A model generated the notes under the pieces. That model did not search any database and was not told the DNA's origin. It saw only the letters and a program-made list of their open reading frames with translations. A DNA stretch of 48,298 nt. It comes from a virus. Shown here in pieces: positions 7,406 through 16,192 of this stretch. The stretch lies in IMG/VR virus record IMGVR_UViG_3300037297_000228; one strand, 5' to 3'. The position numbers and the translations under genes are program-made. Numbering within the stretch: position 1 is the first letter of the stretch; every line of letters begins with the position of its first letter.

Positions 7406-9022
7406 ATGAATATTTTCAAAAAAATAAAATCTGTATTTAAAAAAAATAAAAATATAAAAAATTATTATAGGGGTGACAGATCTCGCAGTTACGGAAGTGG
7501 TTCAAAATTTCCAGGCGGCATAGTTCGAGGCGACAGGATAAATTATCACGATCATTATGCAATCAGGCAAAAAGCCCGTGATGAAATGTATGATTCTCTG
7601 GAATGCCGTGCGCTCGTAACATCCAAAGTTGACACGATTATTGATGAAGGCGCAATGATAAAACCTGCTCCTTTGGCCGGCATGCTCGGTATACCTCCGG
7701 AACAGGCTGAACTTTGGGCAGAAGATGTTAGTGAAAGATTTCATTTATGGGCAAAGTCAAAAAAATCACATCGATCAAGAATAAATAATTTCTATCAAAA
7801 TCAAAGATTGTATCAATTATTTTCTGAGCGTGATAATGATATATTTGTAAGATTTTATTATGGACGTGATAAAGATTTAATTAATCAACTTCAGATAGAA
7901 TTTGTCGATCCTAACCAGGTGCGGGGGAGCTCTTATACTTCATCTTTTTGTAATTATCCTGTAAAAGACGGGATAATCAGAGATGATGCTGACAAAGAAA
8001 TTGGATACCAAATTTGGAACATAGATAAAAACGGTAAATATAATAATATTGATATTCCGGCAAGAGGAGCAAAATCAGGGCGAATTTTTATGATTCATGG
8101 TTATAAGCCCGAATATGCCGGACAGGGGCGGGGGTTATCTGGATTATATCATTTGCTGCAGGAATTGGAAGATTTAACCAGTTTTAAAATTTCTGTTCTA
8201 CAGAAGGCGATTAATCAGAGTAGCATAATTGGAGCAATAGAAAATGAAGAGCAGGACGCAAGCCAACCACTTGAAGGAAGGGTAGCTGGTCCACAAAAAG
8301 AATATGGAATATCCCCTGTCACAGAAGAAGAAGAAGAAGAAGAAGAAATTCCCGATACAACTGAAGAGCCTATTATAAATTGGGACACTACGCCGGAAGC
8401 AACAATCAGACAACCTGGTAGTATGCTTATTGGAAATTTGAAGCGTGGCGATAAAATTAAATATTTGCAAGACACAAGCCCCTCTGCTCAATTCGATATG
8501 TATTTTAGTTCTATTATGGATTCGATTTGTGCAAGTACCGGATGGAGCAGGGAAGTAGTTCTAAATAAATTTTCTAATAATTATTCTGCTTCCAGAGCTA
8601 TATTAATTAGAATTTGGAGAAAAGCCAGGGTCGAACTTGGAGAAATTAAGTCTGATTTTATAGATTATGTTTATGAAATGTGGCTTAGTGAAGAAATTGC
8701 AGCAGGTAGAATTTCTGCTCCTGGTTGGTCAGATATGGAATTACGCCAGGCTTGGTTAAATTTTGAATTGCATGGGTCACCAATGCCGAACATAGACCCT
8801 CTAAAATTAATAAATGCGGATAAAATTGCTGTCGAACTTTCTGCGAAAACACTGGACGATGTTGCAAGAGAAACAAATGGATCAAGTGGAAAAGCGAATA
8901 GACTTAAAAATGCAAGACAATTTGAGGAATTACCAACAGCGCCTTGGGCAAATGGGGGAAATAATGTAGAGATCGGAGATGAAAACGACGAAGATAAAGA
9001 AGATGAGGAGGAAGAAAAATAA
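7406..9022 (+). CDS. Portal protein (lambda gpB family)
   Basis: 538-aa ORF placed between the gpW-like gene and the prohead protease gene, with an acidic C-terminus. Assignment rests on size and synteny with the lambda head module. Confidence 0.8.
   Translation: MNIFKKIKSVFKKNKNIKNYYRGDRSRSYGSGSKFPGGIVRGDRINYHDHYAIRQKARDEMYDSLECRALVTSKVDTIIDEGAMIKPAPLAGMLGIPPEQAELWAEDVSERFHLWAKSKKSHRSRINNFYQNQRLYQLFSERDNDIFVRFYYGRDKDLINQLQIEFVDPNQVRGSSYTSSFCNYPVKDGIIRDDADKEIGYQIWNIDKNGKYNNIDIPARGAKSGRIFMIHGYKPEYAGQGRGLSGLYHLLQELEDLTSFKISVLQKAINQSSIIGAIENEEQDASQPLEGRVAGPQKEYGISPVTEEEEEEEEIPDTTEEPIINWDTTPEATIRQPGSMLIGNLKRGDKIKYLQDTSPSAQFDMYFSSIMDSICASTGWSREVVLNKFSNNYSASRAILIRIWRKARVELGEIKSDFIDYVYEMWLSEEIAAGRISAPGWSDMELRQAWLNFELHGSPMPNIDPLKLINADKIAVELSAKTLDDVARETNGSSGKANRLKNARQFEELPTAPWANGGNNVEIGDENDEDKEDEEEEK
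8324..8347 (+). repeat. (GAA)8 trinucleotide repeat inside the portal gene
   Basis: Eight perfect GAA units encode an E8 run (TEEEEEEEEIPD). Confidence 0.95.
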
Positions 9023-9292
9023 ATGGCAAATCCTGTAATAGTTTCATGCCCTTCAGGGGAATGGACAAAAGTAGCGACAAATGTAACTGCCGGACAAATA
9101 AAAAAATTAAAAACAGATCCGAATAAATATTTAGAAACATACAGAACTAGTGGTGATCCTGTTCCTACAGAAACTTTGGAAGGTGTTCCTATTTTCCTTG
9201 AAAATTTTTCTGAAACAATAAGCGCATCGGCAGGAATTGATATATATATTATGGCTGTTGGTGCAAATGGATCAGTAAGAGTAGATTTGTAA
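9023..9292 (+). CDS. Hypothetical protein (89 aa)
   Basis: Its ATG directly abuts the portal stop codon. The composition looks like an ordinary protein. Family not recognised. Confidence 0.6.
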   Translation: MANPVIVSCPSGEWTKVATNVTAGQIKKLKTDPNKYLETYRTSGDPVPTETLEGVPIFLENFSETISASAGIDIYIMAVGANGSVRVDL

Positions 9293-9315
9293 AATAATAT
9301 TGGAGGGCAGATGAA

Positions 9316-9513
9316 TTGGCGAAAGAAATATATTTCATATTTATGGGGATTGTGGGTGTTTTGTTTGGCGGCGGGGGCTTGCTTAGTTTTTTTGCTCTTC
9401 GTCTTATCCGCGGATATGATAAACAAATCAAAGAGCTTTATGAAAGAACAGAAAATATCCCAGCAATCGAAACGGACATTGACTGGTTAAAGAAAAATGT
9501 CTTTAAAGATTAG
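9316..9513 (+). CDS. Small membrane protein (65 aa, TTG start); the reading frame is ambiguous
   Basis: GGAGGG lies 8-9 nt upstream of TTG 9316. The product has one TM segment and then a helical tail. An alternative ATG ORF in another frame (9311..9490, 59 aa, also with a TM segment) uses the same SD with shorter spacing. Confidence 0.45.
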   Translation: MAKEIYFIFMGIVGVLFGGGGLLSFFALRLIRGYDKQIKELYERTENIPAIETDIDWLKKNVFKD

Positions 9514-9538
9514 ATTAATCTGGAAAAGGAAAAATATT

Positions 9539-9859
9539 ATGAAAAAAATAATTATAAGCATTGTAACCTGTTTAATGATTTTTATTTTTGGGATTTTAAG
9601 TGGAACATTAATTTCCGGATGTAAAACAGCCCCTAAGCGAAAAAATTATCAAATGGAAAGTTGTTTTGCTATGGCTGATTGTGTGTATCAGATGGGAGAA
9701 AAAAATATTTCTGAGTGCAGAATATTAATTGAACAATGCGGAATCAGCTATGACGAAAAAAGATTAAGAAATAGGCATGAATATTGCATGAAGCAGGAAA
9801 ATCGGGCAGATCGGCAGACGTATAATGAATGTATGTTGCAATTAGTTCCAAAAAAATAG
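9539..9859 (+). CDS. Lipoprotein, Cys-rich (106 aa)
   Basis: MKKIIISIVTCLMIFIFGILSGTLISGC is a signal peptide with lipobox LISGC. The internal ATG at 9539 is preferred over the ORF-track start at 9497. The gene ends in TAG. Confidence 0.7.
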   Translation: MKKIIISIVTCLMIFIFGILSGTLISGCKTAPKRKNYQMESCFAMADCVYQMGEKNISECRILIEQCGISYDEKRLRNRHEYCMKQENRADRQTYNECMLQLVPKK

Positions 9860-9887
9860 TTGACATATTTTTTATATATGACACAAT
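9860..9887 (+). promoter_or_regulatory. Candidate moron promoter (extended -10 type)
   Basis: TTGACA (9860..9865), a 16-nt spacer, and TGaCACAAT (TG at 9879..9880, hexamer at 9882..9887). Confidence 0.4.
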
Positions 9888-9898
9888 TAAATACAAGT

Positions 9899-10027
9899 AT
9901 GGAAAAATTATTAAAAATTTTAAAAGAATTAATTACACAAAAATTTACAGGTAAAATTGAAATAAATTTTAATCAAGGCGGCATAAGGGGAATAAAAAAG
10001 GTAAAAAAAGAAATAGTTAATTTATAA
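9899..10027 (+). CDS. Microprotein, 42 aa, DUF2292/YezD-like by recollection
   Basis: MEKLLKILKELITQKFTGKIEINFNQGGIRGIKKVKKEIVNL. The G-K-I-x-I-x-F-x-x-G-x-I pattern resembles the YezD family. The gene is flanked by its own promoter and terminator. Confidence 0.45.
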   Translation: MEKLLKILKELITQKFTGKIEINFNQGGIRGIKKVKKEIVNL

Positions 10028-10065
10028 AAAAACGGATTCTTTTAAACCTATAATTTAGATTTTTA

Positions 10066-10101
10066 AAAGCCCGTATCTCAGGTAGAGGTGCGGGCTTTTT
10101 T
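10066..10101 (+). terminator. Rho-independent terminator
   Basis: Stem AAAGCCCG (10066..10073) pairs with CGGGCTTT (10091..10098), followed by a T run to 10101. Confidence 0.55.
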
Positions 10102-10120
10102 ATGGAGAAAATTTTTGAAA

Positions 10121-11332
10121 ATGAAAAAAATAATAATTTCCGGTGAGATTGGTTGGGACATAACAGCAGATGATGTCAGAAAAGAGCTTAATTCTGCAAA
10201 AGGTGCCGATTTGGATGTACACATAGCAAGTCCTGGTGGTTATGTTTCTTCTGGACTGGAAATTTTTAATTTATTTCGAGATTATAAAAAAGAAAATCCT
10301 GATGCTCAAACGCTTGCGACGATAAAAGGAATTGCTGCAAGCATGGCGACATACCTAGCAAATAATCCGGCGTTTGATCTTGTTGCAGCTGAAGATAATG
10401 CTGTTTTTATGATTCATAACGCATGGGGTGGAGCAATTGGAGATTATCGTGACATGTTAAAAATTAGCCAGGTACTTGATGGACTTACAGGTATAATTGC
10501 AAAAGCATATGTCCAAAAAACTGGAAAATCTAATAAAACAATAAGGCAAATGATGGATGAAGAAACATGGCTTTTCGGAGATGAAATAAAAGAAGCCGGT
10601 TTTGTAGACGAAATCATTAAAACTGATAATGACGATGATAAAGTTGAATCATTAGCCCTTGCAAAAACAAAATTTTCCGAATTGTCAGCTAAATTAAAAG
10701 AAAAACCTGAAAATTTTGATTATAACAAAATAGCAGCAATGATAAATCTGGAAACAGACGGAACAAATGAAACCCCCCGTATAGGATCAAATACTGAAGG
10801 GAAAAAATATTCTGGAAGAATAGGAGAAAATTCATCTATACATAATTATTTAAAAAAAGCTCAAAACCCCGTACAAAATGCGGGTAAAAATAAAATGGAG
10901 GTTTCTAATATGACTTTAAAAGAATTATTAGGACAAAACCCCACCGCAAAAATTGAATACGAAAATGAATTAAATAAAAAATTTGAGGCGGGGAAGAAAG
11001 AAGGAAAAGAGTCTATGCAGGCGACAATAAATATTGCAGCAAAATATTTAGGCAAAGATGAAAATGAAAATTCTTATCCGGCAGCGATACAAAATATTGC
11101 CTGTTCAGTTTTAAAAGGCGAAAAAAGTGCAGAAAGTCTTGAAACAACAGTTGCAGCTTTTGACGCATTGAAAGAAGCAACAAATTCAGCAAATGCGCAA
11201 ACAGAACAACCGCCAGAGACTAATGGACAGCAAACCGGACAATTAAGTACAGACGGAAATGTAAAAAGCCTTGATGATTACAACGCTTTAATCGCCAAAG
11301 AAAAAGCTAAAAACGGCGTGGAGGTAAGATAA
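10121..11332 (+). CDS. Prohead protease (ClpP/S49 superfamily) fused to a scaffold-like C-terminal region
   Basis: Motifs HIASPGGYV, GIAASMATYL (Ser nucleophile context) and FMIHNAWGG (His) are present. The C-terminal 200 aa are charged, coiled and Ala/Glu/Lys-rich like a scaffold. ATG 10121 is preferred because the ORF-track start at 10088 lies inside the upstream terminator. Confidence 0.85.
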   Translation: MKKIIISGEIGWDITADDVRKELNSAKGADLDVHIASPGGYVSSGLEIFNLFRDYKKENPDAQTLATIKGIAASMATYLANNPAFDLVAAEDNAVFMIHNAWGGAIGDYRDMLKISQVLDGLTGIIAKAYVQKTGKSNKTIRQMMDEETWLFGDEIKEAGFVDEIIKTDNDDDKVESLALAKTKFSELSAKLKEKPENFDYNKIAAMINLETDGTNETPRIGSNTEGKKYSGRIGENSSIHNYLKKAQNPVQNAGKNKMEVSNMTLKELLGQNPTAKIEYENELNKKFEAGKKEGKESMQATINIAAKYLGKDENENSYPAAIQNIACSVLKGEKSAESLETTVAAFDALKEATNSANAQTEQPPETNGQQTGQLSTDGNVKSLDDYNALIAKEKAKNGVEVR

Positions 11333-11782
11333 ATGGCAGTTACAAATATAACTCAAAATCAAAATGTACCTTTTATCCACAATGAAGATACTATTGTGCG
11401 GACAAGAACTATTGCTCAGGATGCAGCAAGAACAGCGGATCTTTTGCAATATACTGTAATGGCATATAATGCAACTAACCAGAATTGGGTTCCATTTACT
11501 GCACTTGCAGATACCGAAGGTGAATCAATGCCGCGAGGGATTTATTTAGGAGAAGATATTCCATTTGCTGACCTTGTAGAAGGCGATATTGAAAACGCAT
11601 CAATTTTAGTTAAAAATGGAATTGTTAATAGAGATATGGTAGTTTGGGATCAGGATTTGCAAACTGCTGAAAGTATTGTTAATCCGGGAACAGTAAATGC
11701 AACTAGCGCAGAAATGGCATTAATAGAAACTGCAAATATTTCGTTCGAAGATGTAGAAGCCATCTCTGAGCAAGTGGAATAA
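11333..11782 (+). CDS. Head decoration protein (gpD-like)
   Basis: 149-aa ORF between the protease/scaffold gene and the major capsid gene, which is the lambda D position. Confidence 0.55.
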   Translation: MAVTNITQNQNVPFIHNEDTIVRTRTIAQDAARTADLLQYTVMAYNATNQNWVPFTALADTEGESMPRGIYLGEDIPFADLVEGDIENASILVKNGIVNRDMVVWDQDLQTAESIVNPGTVNATSAEMALIETANISFEDVEAISEQVE

Positions 11783-11795
11783 GGAGGAATAAAAA

Positions 11796-13022
11796 ATGAG
11801 TGTAACACCTAACGGACTTGATGTATATAGTAGATATATGGATGACATGTTTGACTTAAAAGATGTTATTGGGGTACCTACAGTTTGGCAGCAGTTTTAC
11901 GGCAAATCTCAATTTGGAAATTCTAAAACAATCTATAGTCCATTTTCTGAGGTTATTGATATTGATCTTATAGGAGCAAACGAGAGAACAGCAAAATTAA
12001 TTCCTCGTGGAACTGATAGCAGACACACAGGAGATATACAAAGAAATACTACCACCCAATATTTTACAACAAAAAATATGGTTTTCCCATTTGCAGAAGA
12101 GCTTGGAGATATTTCTGCGAATCAAATTAATAAACGCCTGGCAGGCGAAAATCCTTATGAAGGGCAAGACAAAATTTCCAGGTTGAGAAAATTAGCACTT
12201 GAACATCATAAAGAACATATTAGACGTTATGTACGTCTATTCGAACTACTTGCAGGTTCAAGTTTGCTTACAGGACAAATGCCGGCAATATTGGGAACAA
12301 ATAATCCAGATCTAATTTATGATTGGGGAAGGAATGCAGCTTTAACAATTACTCCTACAGTAGCGTGGAACAATGCCGCTGCTGATATTATAGGGGATAT
12401 AGATAATGCTTTTGATTTAGTTCGTCAACTTGGAAAGGTAAAATTTAATCTAATGTTTATGGCCAGGGATGTTTCACATGCCTTTTTTAATGATGCAACA
12501 ATACAAAAATTGGCTGATAATAGACGAATTACATTAGTTCAAGTCGGAGAGGGGATTCAAGTTCCGCAAATGTTTTCTGATCTTGTTGCTGCTGGGGCAG
12601 ATTATCTTGGTTATATCGGGACACCCCAGGGCAGGCGATTGGATCTATTTTGTTATAACGATTTTTATGATGATCCAGACGGAGTTTCTCAGCCATATAT
12701 GCCGGATGGGACAGCATTTTTGGCTTATTACGGTGCAAGATGTGACCGTTATTTTGGACCATCTGAGAGGTTGCCATTAGTTTCTACTGATATGGCGTGG
12801 TACTCTGAAATGTTTGGGTTTAGTCCTTTAAGCGTTCCGTTTCCTGATAAAATTATGGCACCTGGAATTGTAACACCAGATATGTTTTATTGCGATGCTT
12901 ATCAATCTGGCGACAAGAAAAAAGTGACCGTCCGTACACAATCAGCGCCAATTTTCGCAACTACACAGACAAATGCCTTTGCGACCCTGAACAATCTAAT
13001 TGAAGGAGAGGTAAGTTCATGA
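11796..13022 (+). CDS. Major capsid protein (lambda gpE family)
   Basis: The C-terminal TVRTQSAPIFATTQTNAFATL parallels lambda gpE FTMIQSAPLMLLADPDEFVSVQL. Position and size also fit. Confidence 0.85.
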   Translation: MSVTPNGLDVYSRYMDDMFDLKDVIGVPTVWQQFYGKSQFGNSKTIYSPFSEVIDIDLIGANERTAKLIPRGTDSRHTGDIQRNTTTQYFTTKNMVFPFAEELGDISANQINKRLAGENPYEGQDKISRLRKLALEHHKEHIRRYVRLFELLAGSSLLTGQMPAILGTNNPDLIYDWGRNAALTITPTVAWNNAAADIIGDIDNAFDLVRQLGKVKFNLMFMARDVSHAFFNDATIQKLADNRRITLVQVGEGIQVPQMFSDLVAAGADYLGYIGTPQGRRLDLFCYNDFYDDPDGVSQPYMPDGTAFLAYYGARCDRYFGPSERLPLVSTDMAWYSEMFGFSPLSVPFPDKIMAPGIVTPDMFYCDAYQSGDKKKVTVRTQSAPIFATTQTNAFATLNNLIEGEVSS

Positions 13023-13168
13023 TAGTAGTTCCGAAAGGCAAAATTTTATATGTTGGATCTCGGAAATTCGTAGCAGGTGAGGTAATACCGCCTCATCTGC
13101 GAATTGAAGATGTTCAATTTAAAAAAAGAGATAAAAAAAGTTTATCAAGGAAGAAAAAAAAGAAATAA
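13019..13168 (+). CDS. Small basic protein, 49 aa
   Basis: Its ATG overlaps the capsid-gene stop (ATGA), and its TAA directly abuts the next ATG (13169). The C-terminus is Lys-rich. Confidence 0.45.
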   Translation: MIVVPKGKILYVGSRKFVAGEVIPPHLRIEDVQFKKRDKKSLSRKKKKK

Positions 13169-13582
13169 ATGGAAAATTTGCGTGCTGCAATAGAAAAAGA
13201 CCTGGCTGATAGCCTCGAAGGCGAATTTAAAATTGAAGTTGAATTAACAGCGCCGAATGGGGAAACTCAAATTTATAGCAAAAATGATCCTGATAAAAAA
13301 TTAGGTGGTCAGGTATTATATTATACACGTAGAGAAAATCCAGAAACGGGTGAAATTATTGTTGTTAATGAGCCTGTTATTTCTTTAAGAATTTCGAGTT
13401 TAAATATAGTTCCAAAATCGGGGGAAACCTGGCATATAAAAATGCCAATTTCTCCGGTTATTGGTGCAGAAAAAAAGGATTTTATTTTCACTCCGACCAG
13501 GGCAATTGAGGACGGAGCAGATATAGGATTTTTAAAAATATATCCGCAAAGAATAAAATCAACTACGGGGCCAGTATCATGA
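13169..13582 (+). CDS. Putative head-tail connector/neck protein
   Basis: 137-aa ORF between the capsid and sheath genes, translationally coupled to its neighbours. Function is inferred from position only. Confidence 0.55.
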   Translation: MENLRAAIEKDLADSLEGEFKIEVELTAPNGETQIYSKNDPDKKLGGQVLYYTRRENPETGEIIVVNEPVISLRISSLNIVPKSGETWHIKMPISPVIGAEKKDFIFTPTRAIEDGADIGFLKIYPQRIKSTTGPVS

Positions 13583-14217
13583 TGATGTTTAGGAACGCAG
13601 TTCAGGCATTAACAGATCTTCTTGGAGATAATGCGGAAAGTCGTTTCCGGGTAGTTGGATATCAAAGACAATCAAAATCTGCTAATGAAATTATTGATAC
13701 AAATAGATTGGTACAGGTTTATTATTCAGGCGGAGATTTTGCTAAATCTGGCGGTAGATTTAATGGTGAAAAGCAACACGATATAACAATTGAGATTGAT
13801 ATGTCCGCAAGTGCAAAAGCTACTGGTGATTTAAGTGTTCTTGATTCTACAACTGCAACTGCATTACAAAAAGCAAATGCGCTGGCGAATATAAGAGAAG
13901 CCGCTGAAGTTGCTGACGGATATATTGACGAATTGATAGAAGCAGTTTATCAAATTTTAATGGATGCTAGAAATTCCGGACTTGCTTTGCCGAAAGGAGA
14001 AATTTCCAGTAGATGGATTGATCGAATAGAAAAAAATACTCTGCTTGAATATGGTGATTTGGTCGTAAAAACAGCAAATATGAAATATATTTGTAGAGTT
14101 ATAGAGGATGTTTCTGGAGATATTGGCAATGAGCCGGAAAAAGTTATTATAGATTCTTCACTACCGCTTGACGATACAGACGGTGTTGGAGTTTTGACTC
14201 AAAATGAAAACTCTTAA
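13579..14217 (+). CDS. Putative head-tail connector / tail completion protein
   Basis: 212-aa ORF with a 4-nt overlap with the upstream gene, located upstream of the sheath gene. Function is inferred from position only. Confidence 0.55.
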   Translation: MMMFRNAVQALTDLLGDNAESRFRVVGYQRQSKSANEIIDTNRLVQVYYSGGDFAKSGGRFNGEKQHDITIEIDMSASAKATGDLSVLDSTTATALQKANALANIREAAEVADGYIDELIEAVYQILMDARNSGLALPKGEISSRWIDRIEKNTLLEYGDLVVKTANMKYICRVIEDVSGDIGNEPEKVIIDSSLPLDDTDGVGVLTQNENS

Positions 14218-14229
14218 AGGAGGAAAAAA

Positions 14230-15798
14230 ATGGGAATAGTGCCGTCCAGTCTTGCGGCTGGAAATCAAGTTAGTGTTAAAAATGTTCAATTTGCGGTAGA
14301 AGCTCAAGTTGTACCGCAAAAAACTATTATAATTGGAACATATGATGAAGAGACATTTACAGATATTACTCCAAATGTTCCAATTCAGGTTTTATCTGCT
14401 GCGGATGTAGGAGGTAAAACTGGATATGGGTTTATGTTGCATAGACTTGCAAGGGCTGCTTTTACACCCGGTAATGTAGAAACATGGATTATCCCGCAGG
14501 CGGAAGGGGGTAGCGACCCAGATCAAGCGGAAGGTGAAATTGATTTTTCTGCAAGTGCTGGTGTGCTTGCTGGAACAATAGCCTTATATATTGCAGCCGA
14601 TAGAGTAGCTGTTGCAGTAGCATCCGGAGATTTGGCAGACGATATTGGAGAGGCGATTCAAGATGCAATAAATGATGATGAAGAATTACCGGTTACAGCT
14701 GTGAATGCTGCCGGCGTAGTAACTTTGACAAGCAAATCCGGAGGAGAATGGGGCAATGATATTTCTATTAATTTTAATCTTAATGCAGGCGAGGCATTGC
14801 CTACCGGAGTTAGTGCAGTAGTGACAAATATGGCTGGTGGAACCGGGATCCCAGATATTCAGGATGCTTTGGATGCTTTGGGAACAGGGGATGCTCAAAA
14901 TGAGAAAAATTTTACTGTTTTAGTTCATGGTTATGGGCAGGATTCGGCAACTTTGAACGCAATAAGTGTTTATAACGGAGAAGGAAACGATTTTGTAGGG
15001 AATTATAAAAAAGAAATTGGAAGACCATTCCGGGCACCGACCGGAGATGTTACTCCTCTTGCTGCTGGTCTTACGGCTGCGCTTGCTGTAGCAGAATTAA
15101 GACGAGATGATAGAACAAACGGAATTATTTGTGTTCCTGGAAGCCCTAATCATCCGTCAGAAATTGCAGCACAGGCGGGCGGTATAATGGCAGTAACAAA
15201 TTCTACAAGAGCAGAAGAAAGTTATATAGATAAGCTTCTTGTTGGAGTTTATCCTGGAGATTCTGCAAATAGATGGACAAATGATTATGATAATCGGGAT
15301 CTTGCAGTTAGAAACGGAGTAGGGACAACTTTTGTAAAAAATGGAAATGTATATTTACAAAATGTTATAACTTTTTATCGACCAACCACAATTGCCCCTT
15401 CCAGTAATGCATATCGATCTATGAGAAATATTTCAATTATTCAAAATATGATTTATAATTATAAAGCAAATTTTGAACGTGAAAAATGGAAAGGGATTAC
15501 TATTGTAGAAGATGTTGCAGCGGTTTCAAATCCAACAAGTCGAGAAAAAGCAAGAGATGTAAACTCTGTTATAGATGATCTCTTAGTTCTAGCTGATCAA
15601 TTTGCAGCAAACGCCTGGGCTTATAATTCAAGTTTTGCAAAATCAGAATTACAAAAAGGTGATAAAGTAACTTTGCGACCTGGGCTAACTGGTTTTGATA
15701 TAACATTTAAAAATTTGATTTCAGGTGAAGGCGGAATTTTTAACAGCGTTATAGAACTTGATACTTCAATTGCAATTTTATCTGTAGGAGGTGCATAA
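14230..15798 (+). CDS. Tail sheath protein
   Basis: 522-aa ORF with a strong SD (AAGGAGG), immediately followed by a roughly 127-aa tube-sized gene, chaperones and the tape measure. This is the Mu/P2 gene order. Confidence 0.75.
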   Translation: MGIVPSSLAAGNQVSVKNVQFAVEAQVVPQKTIIIGTYDEETFTDITPNVPIQVLSAADVGGKTGYGFMLHRLARAAFTPGNVETWIIPQAEGGSDPDQAEGEIDFSASAGVLAGTIALYIAADRVAVAVASGDLADDIGEAIQDAINDDEELPVTAVNAAGVVTLTSKSGGEWGNDISINFNLNAGEALPTGVSAVVTNMAGGTGIPDIQDALDALGTGDAQNEKNFTVLVHGYGQDSATLNAISVYNGEGNDFVGNYKKEIGRPFRAPTGDVTPLAAGLTAALAVAELRRDDRTNGIICVPGSPNHPSEIAAQAGGIMAVTNSTRAEESYIDKLLVGVYPGDSANRWTNDYDNRDLAVRNGVGTTFVKNGNVYLQNVITFYRPTTIAPSSNAYRSMRNISIIQNMIYNYKANFEREKWKGITIVEDVAAVSNPTSREKARDVNSVIDDLLVLADQFAANAWAYNSSFAKSELQKGDKVTLRPGLTGFDITFKNLISGEGGIFNSVIELDTSIAILSVGGA

Positions 15799-15799
15799 A

Positions 15800-16183
15800 A
15801 TGGCAAACTCAGGAACAATAAGATCATTAACAATTGACGGAGTGACATACGATGTGCCAGCTGATATAAATATTACATTTAATATTTCAAGTTTTGAAAC
15901 AGAAGGAGTTGCGACTACTGGACGCACAGTGTTCAAAAAAACTCGGCGTGTACCTACACAGGAAGGAGTTGTCGTAATGACTACTCCCGAAGAAATGGTC
16001 GCATTGAAAAAAAAAGCTGAGTCTCTTGCGGAGAAAACATTTTCTGTAGAACTTGCAGATGGATCAGTATTCAAAACAGCTGGAGAATTTAATTATGAGA
16101 ATGTAGAGACTGAAGAGAATAGATCATCTATTGTAATAATTCCTAACAAATGCAAAGACGCATGGACAGAATTTTTGGCATAA
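15800..16183 (+). CDS. Tail tube protein
   Basis: 127 aa starting at ATG 15800, one nt after the sheath-gene stop. Position matches the Mu gpM / P2 FII slot. Confidence 0.7.
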   Translation: MANSGTIRSLTIDGVTYDVPADINITFNISSFETEGVATTGRTVFKKTRRVPTQEGVVVMTTPEEMVALKKKAESLAEKTFSVELADGSVFKTAGEFNYENVETEENRSSIVIIPNKCKDAWTEFLA

Positions 16184-16192
16184 GGATTATGA

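Noticed and set aside
8324-8347. The (GAA)8 repeat as a phase-variation switch
   Set aside because: Changes in trinucleotide unit number keep the frame and would only alter the length of an acidic loop in the portal protein.
8671-9426. 251-aa minus-strand ORF, plus shorter ones at 8198..8491, 8215..8475, 8685..8885 and 8904..9140, antisense to the portal 3' end and to ORF 9023..9292
   Set aside because: These ORFs are Ser/Phe-rich and low in complexity. The poly-F/poly-S runs are simply the complement of the (GAA)8 repeat and the acidic tail of the portal gene. They lie fully inside well-supported plus-strand genes and have no SD.
10088-10120. The longer protease ORF start (MRAFLWRKFLK...)
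   Set aside because: These codons lie within the stem and T-run of the upstream terminator. ATG 10121 (MKKIIISGEIGWD) begins the conserved protease domain.
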